In this document: positions 25,623 to 38,300 of the stretch, piece by piece | Layout: each line of letters opens with the position of its first letter | Numbering within the stretch: position 1 is the first letter of the stretch | Origin: Lingula anatina | Lineage: Eukaryota > Animalia > Brachiopoda | Assembly (NCBI GenBank): GCA_051362555.1 | Contig: CM120642.1 | Coordinates: forward strand, 21,886,001 to 21,950,000 | Length of the DNA: 64,000 nt | Direction: 5' to 3' | The notes under the pieces: generated by a model | What the model was told of the DNA's origin: nothing | Database searches by the model: none | Seen by the model: only the letters and a program-made list of their open reading frames with translations | Position numbers and translations under genes: made by a program

Positions 25623-28102
25623 AACAAGGCAGCAAAGCTGTCAAATGTACAGACAAAAAACAGGAAATAACTATGCACAAAATAGGCTACTGTCAATTCT
25701 GATGCAAAATTTTAATGACTGAATCTGACAAACTGCAATGATATGAGTTTATTTCCATTTTTGAAACTTTATTACACAATACACGATAACAAGTTTACCA
25801 TCATTTTTACATAATCAACTAATAATGTTGTAAAGATGCAGGAAATGCCAAACAAACACTTTTAAGTATCTTATTAATTAAATAATGAAACTGTTAACAT
25901 GCCTAAGAAATGAATCTGAGGAAATGTGAAAAAACGGCATTTCTTTGAAATAATGGCCCGATTAAGCTGATTTTTGAACTCAACCTGCGTTTTAGCAGGA
26001 ATGACCACTCCTGTGAGTTTCATGACAATTGGCCCATCTGTTTTTCTTATATTGTATTTACTGTGTTGCATATACGCTGAAAAGTGAAGAAAAAAGCATA
26101 ACTACTAAAACAGTGGCCCGATCATGCCGATTTTCGAACCTGACCTGCGTTATAATAAGATCGATTACTCCTGTGAGTTTCATGACAACAGGCCTATCAG
26201 TTTTCCTTGAAATGTGTTTACAGTGTTGCATATATGCTGAAAAGTTAAAAAACAGCATAACTTCCCTTAAAATGGCCCGATCATGCTGATTTTCGAACTT
26301 GACCTGCGTTTTATGAATATTCATCAGCTCTGTAAACATACAGCCAAAAAGTAAAACTGCCTTCCACTTATCATGTTTACAATGAAAGTGCACGGCGCCA
26401 GCGCCGGCGACAGTGATGGCGGCGACGGCAGATACAGGTGATGGCAATATGTACAGACACATCTGTACATATTTACTGTACTGTTTGAGAACAGTAAGTG
26501 ACATTGTTTTTCTTAAATGGTCATCATGGGAGCAGTGCCCAAAATAGTTTTTTTTCAAATTTTGATGCAATATTACATAATGTTTAACAGCATAATGACC
26601 ATCAATTTTAATAATAAAATATTAGCATCATGGATATTCAGAAAATGTGACTAGCAAAGGTCTTCAGGCCCATATGGAACTTCAAAGTCACAACTTGAAA
26701 ATGCCAAAATGTAAACAAGACAGCACTGTTCTGAAATGTTTTTGTTTTCCATTTTTAACAATTTTTTTAACATAAAACAAAATTAACAGGTTATTGCCAT
26801 CTTTATATGATCAACTAAGAAAATTGATGAGATGGGAAAAATATAAATACAACAGTGTTAAATGTCCAATTTCCTCCATTCTGAGATTCTAAACATAGTG
26901 AATGATTGCATCTGACAAACTGCAATGATATGAGTTTATTTCCATTTTTGAAACTTTATTACACAATACATGATAACAAGTTTACCTTCAGTTTTACATA
27001 ATCAACTAATAATGTTGTAAAGATACAGGAAATGTCAACCAAACACTTTAACATGTCTTATTAGTTAAATAATGAGACTGTTAACATGCCTAAGAATTGA
27101 ATCTGAGGAAATGTGAAACAAGACAGCACTGTTCTGACATGGGTTTATTTCCGTTTTTAACACTTTTTTAACATAAAACAAAATAAACATTTTACTGCCA
27201 TTTTTTATGACCAACTAAGAAAATTGATGAGATGAGAAAAGTATCAATAGAACAGTGTTAAATGTCCAATTTCCTCCATTCTGAGATTCTGAACATAGTG
27301 GATGATTGAATCTGACAAACTGCAATGATATGAGTTTATTTCCGTTTTTGACACTTGATTACACAATACATGATAACAAGTTTACCATCATTTTTATATA
27401 ATCAACTAACAATGTTGTAAAGATGCAGGAAATGTCAAACAAACACTTTTACGTATCTTATTACTTAAATAATAAGGCTTTTAAGATGCCTAAGAATTAA
27501 ATCTGAGGAAATCTGAGGAAATGTGAAAAAACAGCATAACTTCTAAAATAATGCCCCGATTATGCTGATTTTCGAACTCCACCTACGTTTTAGTAAGACT
27601 GACCATTCCTGTGAGTTTAATGACAATTGGGCTTTCTGTTTTTCTTATATTGTGTTTACAGTGTTGCATATATGCTGAACAATGAAAAAACCGCAAAACT
27701 ACTAAAATGGTGGCCAGATCATGCTGATTTTCGAACTTGACCTGCGTTTTAGTAAGATTGATTACTCCTGTGAGTTTCGTGACAACAAGCCTAACGGTTT
27801 TCCTTGAAATGTGTTTACAAGGTTGCATATATGCTGAAAAGTGAAAAAACAGCATAACTTCTACAATAATGGCCCGATCATGCTGATTTTCGAACTTGAC
27901 CTGCGTTTTATGAATATTCATCAGCTCTGTAAATATAAAGCCAAAAAGTGAAACTGCTTTCCACTTATCGTGTTTACAAGGAAAGTGCACGGCGCCGGCG
28001 ACGGCATCGGCATCGGCATCGGCATCGCCATCGGCATCGGCGACGGCGACGACAGACGCAGGTGATGGCAATATGTACAGACACATCTGTGTCTGTACAT
28101 AA
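25623..28102 (-). mobile_element. Two head-to-tail Helentron-associated non-autonomous elements (HINE/DINE-1-like): 25623-26471 and 26472-28102 (second lacks one end)
   Basis: On the minus strand: TT, subterminal ATGTACAGAC with nearby inverted GTCTGTACAT, GTCGCC-type microsatellite, ~160-bp core tandem repeats, second GTCTGTACAT, terminal hairpin CAGC-TTT-GCTG, then TTGTT. This is the standard HINE layout. Confidence 0.85.
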
Positions 28103-28334
28103 AAATGCATCCTTACTGCTGAGAATCTATTCTAGATACATGTAAAATCAGCTTACAGTGATTTATTATATTCCAAAACAATGTGTTTCATAAAAACAAT
28201 ACTATATTACATTTACACCCACTTGGCTCCGTCTAACTTCTCCAGCTTGTGCAGGATAAACAGATTAAATATAAACATATCTTCTCTTAGAGTGAAAGAT
28301 GTCAACTATTTGGCAAATCCCAAACTGTACTCAC

Positions 28335-28437
28335 CCTGAGTAATGGGGTCACTTTCTGTGTCTCCTGGGAAACTGGGTCCACTATGAATGTTACATCATA
28401 GGCTGGTTCCTAAGGTTTAGCTGGGATTTTTAACACA
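28335..28437 (-). pseudogene. UGGT: UGGT exon (VLKIPAKP*EPAYDVTFIVDPVSQETQKVTPLLR)
   Basis: Donor gtgagt is intact. The acceptor reads ttcat instead of ttcag. In-frame TAG. Confidence 0.88.
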
Positions 28438-29079
28438 ATGAAGATGTAGGTATTTTAAACAGTCAGTAAAGTACTTATAATTCAACCAGTACATTTTCAC
28501 AGACACTCAGAATTGCCATTATGGTATCAATACCCTGGAAAATACTGAGAGTTACATCAATAACAAAATCCAGTTCTTTTTCCAGAAAAACAATGTCACG
28601 TAAAACAACAAATTGTTAATGACCTGTCAATAATTCTTTTCAATATGCAGCATAATGACTTCAAAGGGTTTCATTCTCCATCCAGCTCCTGAACTTCAGG
28701 ATTAAAAAGGAGTAATTGATGCTTTTTTTAATACTTATTTGTGAATCATATCATATTTCAACTTTTTTTTCTTACTTTTAAATCTCTTTGTCTATGTAAA
28801 ATTTTATTTCATGATGTAATAGTTCAATCAGAAAAATCTACATCATTAAGAAAATGGGAAGATATCCCATTTAACTCAGCAGTGAGTAAACTGACATAGC
28901 TGTAAATGGACTGGCACAAAGTACATACCAATCCCCTGTTCACTGGCTACTTGGCATGTTTCAAGGATAGGTTGTTCATTTTGTGGCTAATTCCAAACAT
29001 AAGTTACAACAATGCAAAAATGCAGTGACACGTCCAAAGGAAGGGTTATTTCCCAGTTTATTTAGTATGACACATCTTA

Positions 29080-29367
29080 TGTGCTGTGTGTGAACATACC
29101 TGCGCTGTGTGTGTGTATGTGTGTGTGTGAACATACCTGTGCTGTGTGTCATCATACCTGTGCTGTATTTGGCAAATGAGTGCGTGTGAACATACCTGTG
29201 CTGTGTGTGAACATGTACTGTGCTGTGTGTGTGAACATACCTGTGCTGTGTGTGAACATACCTGCGCTGTGTGTGTGTGTGTGTGTGTGTGGGAACATAC
29301 CTGCGCTGTGTGAACATCCCGTGCTGTGTGTGGACATACCTGTGCTGTGTGTGAGCATACCTGTGCT
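29080..29367. repeat. Minisatellite built from the exon end plus donor (minus strand AGCACAG|GTATGTTCACACAC)
   Basis: About 12 variable ~20-35-bp units, most carrying CAG|GTATG like the real donor at 29359-29360. Confidence 0.9.
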
Positions 29368-29462
29368 GGTCTCCAGCAAACTGTATGTCAGTCCTGGAGG
29401 CTATGCTGGCCTGCTGATTGGACATCAACAGACTGCCCACCTGCATCACCATGTCACTGACC
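29361..29462 (-). pseudogene. UGGT: UGGT exon (VSDMVMQVGSLLMSNQQASIASRTDIQFAGDQHS)
   Basis: ttcag|...CAG|gtatgc. Phase fits both neighbours. Resembles ASDLVMKVDALL...RIEYQFFEDRHS. Confidence 0.85.
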
Positions 29463-29745
29463 CTGAATAGTTACATAGTATAGATCAATGTCACCGTGTC
29501 ACTGACCCTGAATAAATACATAGTATGGATAAATGTCACCGACCCTGAATAGATACAGAGTATGGATCAATGTCACCATGTCACCGACCCTGAATAGATA
29601 CATAGTATGGATCAATGTCACCATGTCACTGACCCTGAATAGATACAGGGTGTGGATCAAAGTCACCATGTCACTGACCCTGAATAGATACATAGTGTTT
29701 ATAAATGTCACCTTGTCACTGACCCTGATTAGATACACAGTGTGT
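29448..29745. repeat. 45-bp minisatellite built from the acceptor plus exon start (minus strand TTCAG|GGTCAGTGACATGGTGA)
   Basis: About 6-7 units. The ORF track shows the exon's RVSDMV peptide repeated (29499-29885). Confidence 0.9.
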
Positions 29746-30365
29746 ATAAATAAGCAGTTCCTGCTGCAACTACTTGTGATGTTTGTTTTTTTTTTTGAGA
29801 AACTCCCTACAATGCCTTTAATGTGTTTTTTTTTCATGCTCATGACAAAAACTGGGTTATATATTGAATATAATCTAAAGTGCATTCCACTTTAAATCAA
29901 AATGGAGACAAGATAATAAGAGAAATAAAAGCCTCTACGTCATGTTCATGAACACAATAGCAACAATAAACACTAGTTACAACACAAGTTGAGATATATC
30001 TTGCTCTTGTATGTCGCATACAGTGGCCAGTGAGTAGCTGGAACTGACTTATACCATGGCTGGCGCTTTCAACAACAGGATGAATGCACCAAAGCATATG
30101 AAAATACAGGAAAGCCTGTAAGCGAAATACAAGTGCAATTATCCTGTTTTTCGAAGTGCCAGCTTGGGTATAATAAAAATAATTATAATCATAATAAAGG
30201 TAACTTAAAACCACACTCCACCTGTGTCTCATTGCTGTGTACTCAAACAATGAGGGCCATTCCTCAACCCCCTGCCACCATCTACCACTAACAGGAGATA
30301 GGCCAACAATGTGTCCTGATATGAATTGCTTTAGTAGGCCATGAAATAAATCAAAAATAAAGAAT

Positions 30366-33300
30366 ACAAGGCAGCAAAGCTGTCAAATGTACAGACAAAA
30401 AACAGAAAAAAAAAGATGCAAAATAGGTCATTTTGTCAATTTTGATGCAATAATAAATGCTTATAATAGCACAGTCAGTCAACACTGATTTTTAATCATG
30501 CAAAACAGGTAACATGGTCAATAACAGGAGCAGATCTAGAGATATTTTCTGACAGTATTCCAAAGTATCTTTGTTGATCCATCCTCCATTTTGATGGTCT
30601 TCCAACAGAAACCCGTTAATATAAACTTTAAAATCTGACTGTCTTCCAGGAGACCCAGAAAATGGTCTCAATCCACCCCTACAATAAGATTACAGTTTCA
30701 GGACCATGAGAGTTAAAATTCACATGATGAAAGTCCCAATATATGAAAAAAAAAATGACAGTGCATAAAATAATATTACAGCGTGTTTAAAGACATAAAT
30801 ACCAATACAACTGCTTATGTGGAAATACTGAAAATGTGCAGAGCCTCAGGTGGATGGGAGTTAAAAATCACATCTTAAAAATGCCAGTGTTGGAGAAGAA
30901 ATTAAAAAGAAAACAACAAAAATATAATTCCAATGAAGCTGCTATTCACTGCTTCCTTATTATGGACACTATGTTATCTAGCAGAGAGCTTAACCTTTGG
31001 GAGTTTACAGGGAAATATCAACAAGTGTGCTTTATGAAATTTCATTTAATGGCTGCTTAATTAGGCAAATGAGTTTATAGCACTGAAATTAGCCTAGTGA
31101 ATACCCAAGGGGAATTTACAGACTGGCCACACAAATTTGTCTATCAAAGGTCTTCAGGCCCATAAGTCATACCTTAAGAAAAGCAGAAAACAATAATGCA
31201 CAAAATAAAACAGGAGACTGCCAATTCTGATGCAATAATACATTATGTTTAACTGCAAAGTCAACATCAAATTTTAATTATGCACAACAGGTAACACTGA
31301 TGAAAGTAAAAGCATAAGGCTCCAGGCCCATCAGAGTTCAAGTTTACAATTAGAAAGTGCCAGAATGAGAAAAATGAAAATTTCACAAAAAATTCATAAA
31401 TTTAATAAAAATGATAATCCAATAGAGCTGGTTCTCTAATATGAGCTGTATGTCAATCCTAAGAATCATTCTTGTAAGAATAGTTAAAAAAATAGAAAGT
31501 AACACTTTACTTTACATAATATTAATGGATATTAATGAATTTTGATGCAACATTACATAATGATTAACTGATTAAATACCACCAATTTTAAAATATCTAC
31601 TATTAAAAACATGGACATTAAGAAAATTTGATTACCACTGGGCTTCATCCCCAAGGGAGCTCTAAGTCCCACATTGAAAATTGCAACATGTGAAAGATAA
31701 AAATTTTCACAAAAAAACCTGTATTACTTCCAAACAATTAACTAATGAGACAATTTTTCAACTGAAGCTGTATTTCAGTCCTATGTTTCTTTCCTGTAAG
31801 TGTGAGAAGAGCAAGTGACATGGTTTTCCTTTCACCGCCACTATGGAGGCAGTGCCCAGAATAGGGTTTTGATCAATTTTGATGCAATATTGCACAATGC
31901 TTAACAGTATAATAACCATAATTTTTTTAAATTTTATAATAAAAGTATCAGGGATATTCAGAAAATGTGACTAGCCCACAGAGTTTATATAATCAACTAA
32001 CAATGTTGTTAAGATGCAGAAAATGTCAAAAGAACAACTTAATATATCTAATTAGTTCAACAAGGCAGCAAAGCTGTCAAATGTACAGACAAAAAGAAGG
32101 AAAAAACAAAATAGGGTACAGTCAATTCTGATGCAAAAGTACATTATGTTAAACTGCAAATTCAACATCAAATTTTAATTATGCTCAACAGGTAATTTCA
32201 ATGTAAGTAAAATGTGTAACAAGCATAAGGCTTCAGCCCCATAGGAGTTCAAGTTCACACTCTGAAAATGTATAACTTCCAGAAAAAGAAGTCAATTAGA
32301 CTGCTTTTCCAACTCAGGCTGCATTTTAGTCCTGTATTTCTTTTTTGAAAGTTTGGCATACATAAGTAACATGGTTTTCCCATAATGGTTTTCATGGCAG
32401 CAGCACCCAAAATTGTGTGTTCTTCTATTCTGATGCAATATTACATAATGGTTAACAGCATAATGACAATCAATTTTTTATAATAAAATAAAGGTATCAT
32501 GGATTTTCAGAAAATGTGACTAGCATGGGTCTTCAAGCCTGTGGAACTTCAAAGTCACACCTTGAAAATGCCAATATGTGAAAAATTAAACTTTCACAAA
32601 AAACTGTTTAACCGGCAGAAAGAATTACCAAACAGATTGCATTGCCTACTGAAGCTATATTTAAGTCCCATGTTTCTTTCTGTAAGTTTGAGAACAGTAA
32701 ATGACATGGTTTTCCTTAAATGGTCATCATAGGAGCAGTGCCCAAAATAGGTTTATTTTCAAATTTTGATGCAATATTACATAATGTTTAACAGCATAAT
32801 GGTCTTCAATCTTTAATAATATCATGTATATTCAGAAAATGTTACTAGCAAAGGTCTTTATGCCCATGGAACTTCAAAGTGACACCTTGAATATGCCAAA
32901 ATGTAAACTAGACAGCACTGTGCTGAAATGGGTTTATTTCCATTTTTAACACTTTTTTAATATAAGATGAAATAAACAGTTTACTGCCATTTTTATATGA
33001 TCAACTAAGAAAATTGATGAGATGGGACAAATATCAATAGAACTGTCAAATGTCCAATTTCCTCCATTCTGACATTCTGAACATAGTAAATGATTGAATC
33101 TGACTGATATGAGTTTATTTCCATTTTTGACACTTTATTACACAATACACGATAACAAGTCTACCATCATTTATACATAATCAACTAACAATGTTGTAAA
33201 GATGCAGGAAATGTCAAACAAACACTTTTATGTATCTTATTAATTAAATAATAAGACTGTAAACATGCCTAAGAATTGAATTTGAGGAAATGTGAAAAAA

Positions 33301-34808
33301 CAGCATGACTTCTAAAACAATGGTCCGATTATACTAATTTTCAAACTCAACCTGCATTTTAGTAAGATTGACCACTCCTGTGAGTTTAATGACAATTGGT
33401 CTATCTGTTTTTCTTATATTGTGTTTACAGTGTTGCATATATGCTTAAAAGTGAAAAAAAACAGCATAACTACTAAAATAGTGGGCTGATCATGCCGATT
33501 TTCGAACTTGACCTGCATTTTAGTAAGATTGATTACTCCTGTGAGTTTCATGACAACAGGCCTATCGGTTTTCCTTAAAATGTGTTAACAGGGTTGCATA
33601 TATGCTGAAAAGTGAAAAAACAGCATAACTTCTACAATAAAGGCCCGATCATGCTGATTTTCGAACTTGACCTGCATTTTATGAATATTCATCAGCTCTG
33701 TAAATATAAAGCCAAAAAGTAAAACTGCCCTCCACTTATCATGTTAACAAGGCAAGTGCACGGCGCCGGCATCGGCGACGACAGACACAGGTGATGGCAA
33801 TATGTACAGACACATCTGTGTCTGTACATAATAAAAATGAGACTTAACATGCCTGAGCATTATAATTGAGGAAAAAAAACACTTATATACAAAAAAAAAG
33901 GCATAACTTCACCAAACCTTTACTGATCAAGCTTATTTTCCAAACTTAATCTGTATTTCAGTAACACTGATCACTACTGTGAATTTCAGGACAATTGGCC
34001 AATCGATTTTCCTTAAAATGTGTTATAGGTGTTGCATATATGCTGAAAAAAAGTGAAAAAACAGCAAAACTTTTATAAAAATGCTCTGATCATGCCAATT
34101 TTTCGAACTTGACTTGCGTATTATAGATATTCATCAGTTCTGCAAGTTTCAAGCCAAAAAGTAAAGCAGTTTTTCACTTATCGTGTTATCAGGGTTGCAT
34201 ATATGCTGAAAAAAGTGAAAAAAACAGCTGACTTCCATGAAAATGTTCCTATCATGCTGATTTTCGAACTTGACCTGTGTATTATGAATATTTATCAGTT
34301 CTGTAAGTTTCAAGCCAAAAGTTAAAATGGTTTTTCAAATATTGTGTTATCGGTGTTGCATAAATGTTGAAAAAAGTGAAAAAACTGCATTACTTACATA
34401 TTAATGGCCCGATCATGCTAATTTTCGGACTTGACCTGCATATTATGAATATTCATCAGTTCTGTAAGTTTCAAGCCAAAAGGTAAAACGGTTTTCCACT
34501 TATCGTGTTATCGGTGCTACATAAATGCTGAAAAAAGTGAAAAAACAGTGCTACATAAATGCTGAAAAAAGTGAAAAAACAGCATAACTTCCCCAAAAAT
34601 GGCCCGATCATGCTGATTTTCGAACTTGACCTGTGTATTTTGAATATTCATCAGTTCTGTAAATTTCAAGCCAAAAGAAAAAACGGTTTTCCACTTATCA
34701 TGTTATCGGTAAAAGCACACGGCAACGTTGACGACGGCAATGACGGCAACAGGGACGACAGACGCAGGTGATGGCTATATGTACAGACACATCTGTGTCT
34801 GTACATAA
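30366..34808 (-). mobile_element. HINE, outer element (~2.7 kb excluding nested copy)
   Basis: Family terminus at 30366. Opposite terminus GTACAGACACATCTGTGTCTGTACATAA at 34781-34808. ~161-bp core repeats at 34030-34700. Confidence 0.85.
32059..33831 (-). mobile_element. HINE nested inside the outer HINE
   Basis: Both termini present. Removing it rejoins TTAGTTCAA..TAAAAATGAGAC..TTAACATGCC, matching the uninterrupted sequence at ~27060-27090. Confidence 0.85.
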
Positions 34809-35383
34809 TAAAAACACTCACTGCTGATATGTGGGTGCAATGCATTTTACAAATCTGATAAAAAAGTGAAATGTTTCTAACTTTAATTTAGCAAGGTCTC
34901 ATTATCTAAGTAAACTGATTATAAGTGTACACTCAATTTGCCTTTTAGCACTGAAATAGTTTGCAAAAGTCAAATGACCAATAACTATACAAATCCTACT
35001 TAAAGTATCACAATACATACCAAAACATTGCAGTCATGGCAAATATTTTCAAATTGAAAGAAAAAAGTACTGAGCAGTACCAGAAAACTAAATATTTATC
35101 AGAAAAAGAAACGATGTGATAAATTGCAGTGAAATAAAAGCAAAGGATTAAAATTGCTTGCATTTTTGTTTACATTTTCATGACAATTAATTGAAATCAG
35201 ATATGTAATATCAGTGCATGAAAATCAAATATCAGTGCATGAAAATCAAACACATGGATGCACTATAGCCCAGATGTTTCTACCTGATGTAATATCGACA
35301 GTCATTTTACATTTAAATCACAAACCTCAAAGGAGGTAGAAAATTTCAACAGCTTTTTCCACACCAAAGTGAGTCAGCCTTAA

Positions 35384-38300
35384 AAGGACACAAAAGAGGA
35401 TTTCTGCACCAAAATTGATTTATCCCGGGGTAAACAGCATTTTTCCGCAATTAACCAACCTTTAATCTTTCATTCCCAGTACTCGCTATCGCTCTGTAAC
35501 ATTTTTGGAAAATACAATAAAAGAAAAGCTGGGACTCAATCGAAGAAGGAAAGAAAGATAACAAAAAGAAACAAGCCAAAAGGTAAAATGGTTTTCCACT
35601 AACTGTGTTATTGGTGCTGCATATATGCTGAAAAAGTGAAAAAACAGCATACATTCCCTAAAAATGGCCCAATCATGCCGATTTTCGAACTTGACCTGCA
35701 TATTATGAATATTCATCAGTTCTGTAAGTTTCAAGTCAAAAGGTACAATGGTTTTCCACTTATCGTGTTATCAGTGCTGCATATATGTTGAAAAAAGTGA
35801 AAAAACAGCATAAACTCCCTAAGAGTGACCCGATCATGCTGATTTTCGAACTTGACCTGCGTATTATGAATATTCATCAGTTCTGCAAGTTTCAAATCAA
35901 AAGGCAAAATGGTTTTCCACTTATCGTGTTATCGGTAAAAGTGCACGGCGACGACGGCGACGACAGCGACGGCGACGACAGACGCAGATGATGGCTATAT
36001 GTACAGACACATCTGTGTCTGTACATAAAAAGGAAACACCCTTTACAAAAATCAACACCAGAAAAGAAAATGCTAAAAACAGTGTATCAGCAAATATACA
36101 ACAAACAAACAAGCACCGGCAAGGAAGAAGGCATATGAAAACCTGCTTGGGTGGCCATGGATACGAAGGATCGCCAGGCCGTGAAGTATTTACTGGATTT
36201 GTACCATTTACAATAATGTTTGAGATAAGACACCAGTGAAAACATTTATTAAGCACATAGATTAATGTTTATTTATGTGTGTTTGTTGTGTGCTTCTTAA
36301 CGATTCAGTCAGGCTCGTCTGTCAAAATATGCCATGAAATTGTAACGAATATGATTGGTATCGATGACAGAAATTACAAGTGTTGCTCATATGTCGACTC
36401 TGACAGGGTTTGGATTAGTTTATACAGCAAAGAAAGTTTAAATGGAAATGGACATGGTGGGAGATACTAGTCTCATTACATGTACATTTCAATGACCGGG
36501 GCGAATTGTTGACTTACCGAGGGCACATTTCTTGTGCCTCTAACATCTGGGCATACAAAAAACAGTATTTAAGGCGTATGACCAAGATGCTATTTCTTTA
36601 GGCATCTAAATCCCAAAATGAATGTGCAGAAGGTGTTATTGTATCTAAGTTTAACTCAATTTCAAATGGCATGTCAACTATAATTGAAAATATCTTCGAG
36701 TAGTATTTTGATTTTATATTCTAAAGACAATTAAGTTTCCTTTTTACATTAAAAATAAATAAATAAATCAGAAAGGGGATATTGCATGTTTATGTTGGGT
36801 TCATCTATAAAATGTATTAAATAGTCCAGAGTAATGATTTAGACGATACAATTTTTTACATTAGCGTCCAACCAGTATTTCGGAGATTAAACCAATATGA
36901 AGTGATCAAGAAACTTCAAAATTAAGTTGTAGTTAATACTAGTGCAGTTGAAGATGATAGTCTAGATAATTTAAGGTGATCATATTGAGAAAAATGGCAT
37001 TTATACTTATTTCAGTTGAGTTTTATACTTATTTCAATTATGTTTTACATGATTTTTCTCAAACTTGATTATCTTAATTTTATGTACTGTTGCTTTTTTT
37101 TTTTTTTTTGGTTGCGTTATCAAGGTAACATTTTCCTATGGGATGCCTGAACTGGAAGAAGTGCAGATGGAAGAGGAGGAAGATGCTGAAGAAGAGGGAA
37201 TTAAAGGATCCTGATGATCCAACATGGGACTAAAACATGTGTTTAGAGTAAGCAGAATTTTAATCAGCTGATAATCATTCGTCTTATATTAAGCATTACA
37301 GGTGCATGATTTCTCTTTCATCAATTATTTTTCCATATTGGCGACACATAATGTAAATTTTGATTTGCTTTTTTAGACCTTTAAGATTATGAGCAACTGC
37401 CAGTATGATGTCTTGAAGAAGAGATTTTTTTTTTACTTGGAAGAGGAACTCCATGACTCTCCACCAAAAGACGAGGAACTTTTCTTGAGGGTCCAAAGCC
37501 GGGATGAGTTGGATAGTGAGAGACTTTTCCTGACTTTTGAGTGCTCCTTACAGGATATATTCAGTGAACCCATCTTGCCACTGTGACAAAGCATAATCTG
37601 TTGACTTCAAGCCATGTAGTACTGGCATGTATGCTATAATGCAGACAGATTGGAAGTCAAAGTGGTCTTTCCTCCCAAACCAAAGTTATATGCCTGATAT
37701 TGAGAAGAAACCATTTTGGTCCAGCATTTACTTCTTAAATCTAAATTTAATGGCATCAAATGTATTATGGAATATGGTACTGGTGGCATATTGTGACTTC
37801 AACTTGATTTTAAACTACTGTGTTGTCATATTTTGTAAGATCACCAGTTGCAGAGTTTTGTGACTTTGTTACAGCATAAAATTCTGTATTTGGCAAATGA
37901 CTGTATGTCTTTTCTTTTATAAAAGACCTTTCTTCTTTTTTAAAAGACCTTTCTTAAAAGACCTACAAAATGGTTTGAGTGAACACTTGTGCCTGTATTC
38001 AATTCTCCACTCAGCCATAATTTAGAATTCATGTAGGGAAGCCATACCTGTATTTTTTAAAGAAATATTTATACCTTTCTATTTATTCCCTGCACATCTT
38101 GGAAAAGTATGTGTGAATATCTTACCTATGAAACAATTTATGTTTGTGTAAGTTGGGTAAGGCCCTTCTTATGACACATTCCTTTGCATGGAGACTTTTG
38201 TGTCTGCTTACATGAGTCAATACACTGACAGAGAGGGGGATAATTTGTTGATCTGCAATGCCCATGGGTCTGCATGTACATCAGATTCTTAACATGATAG

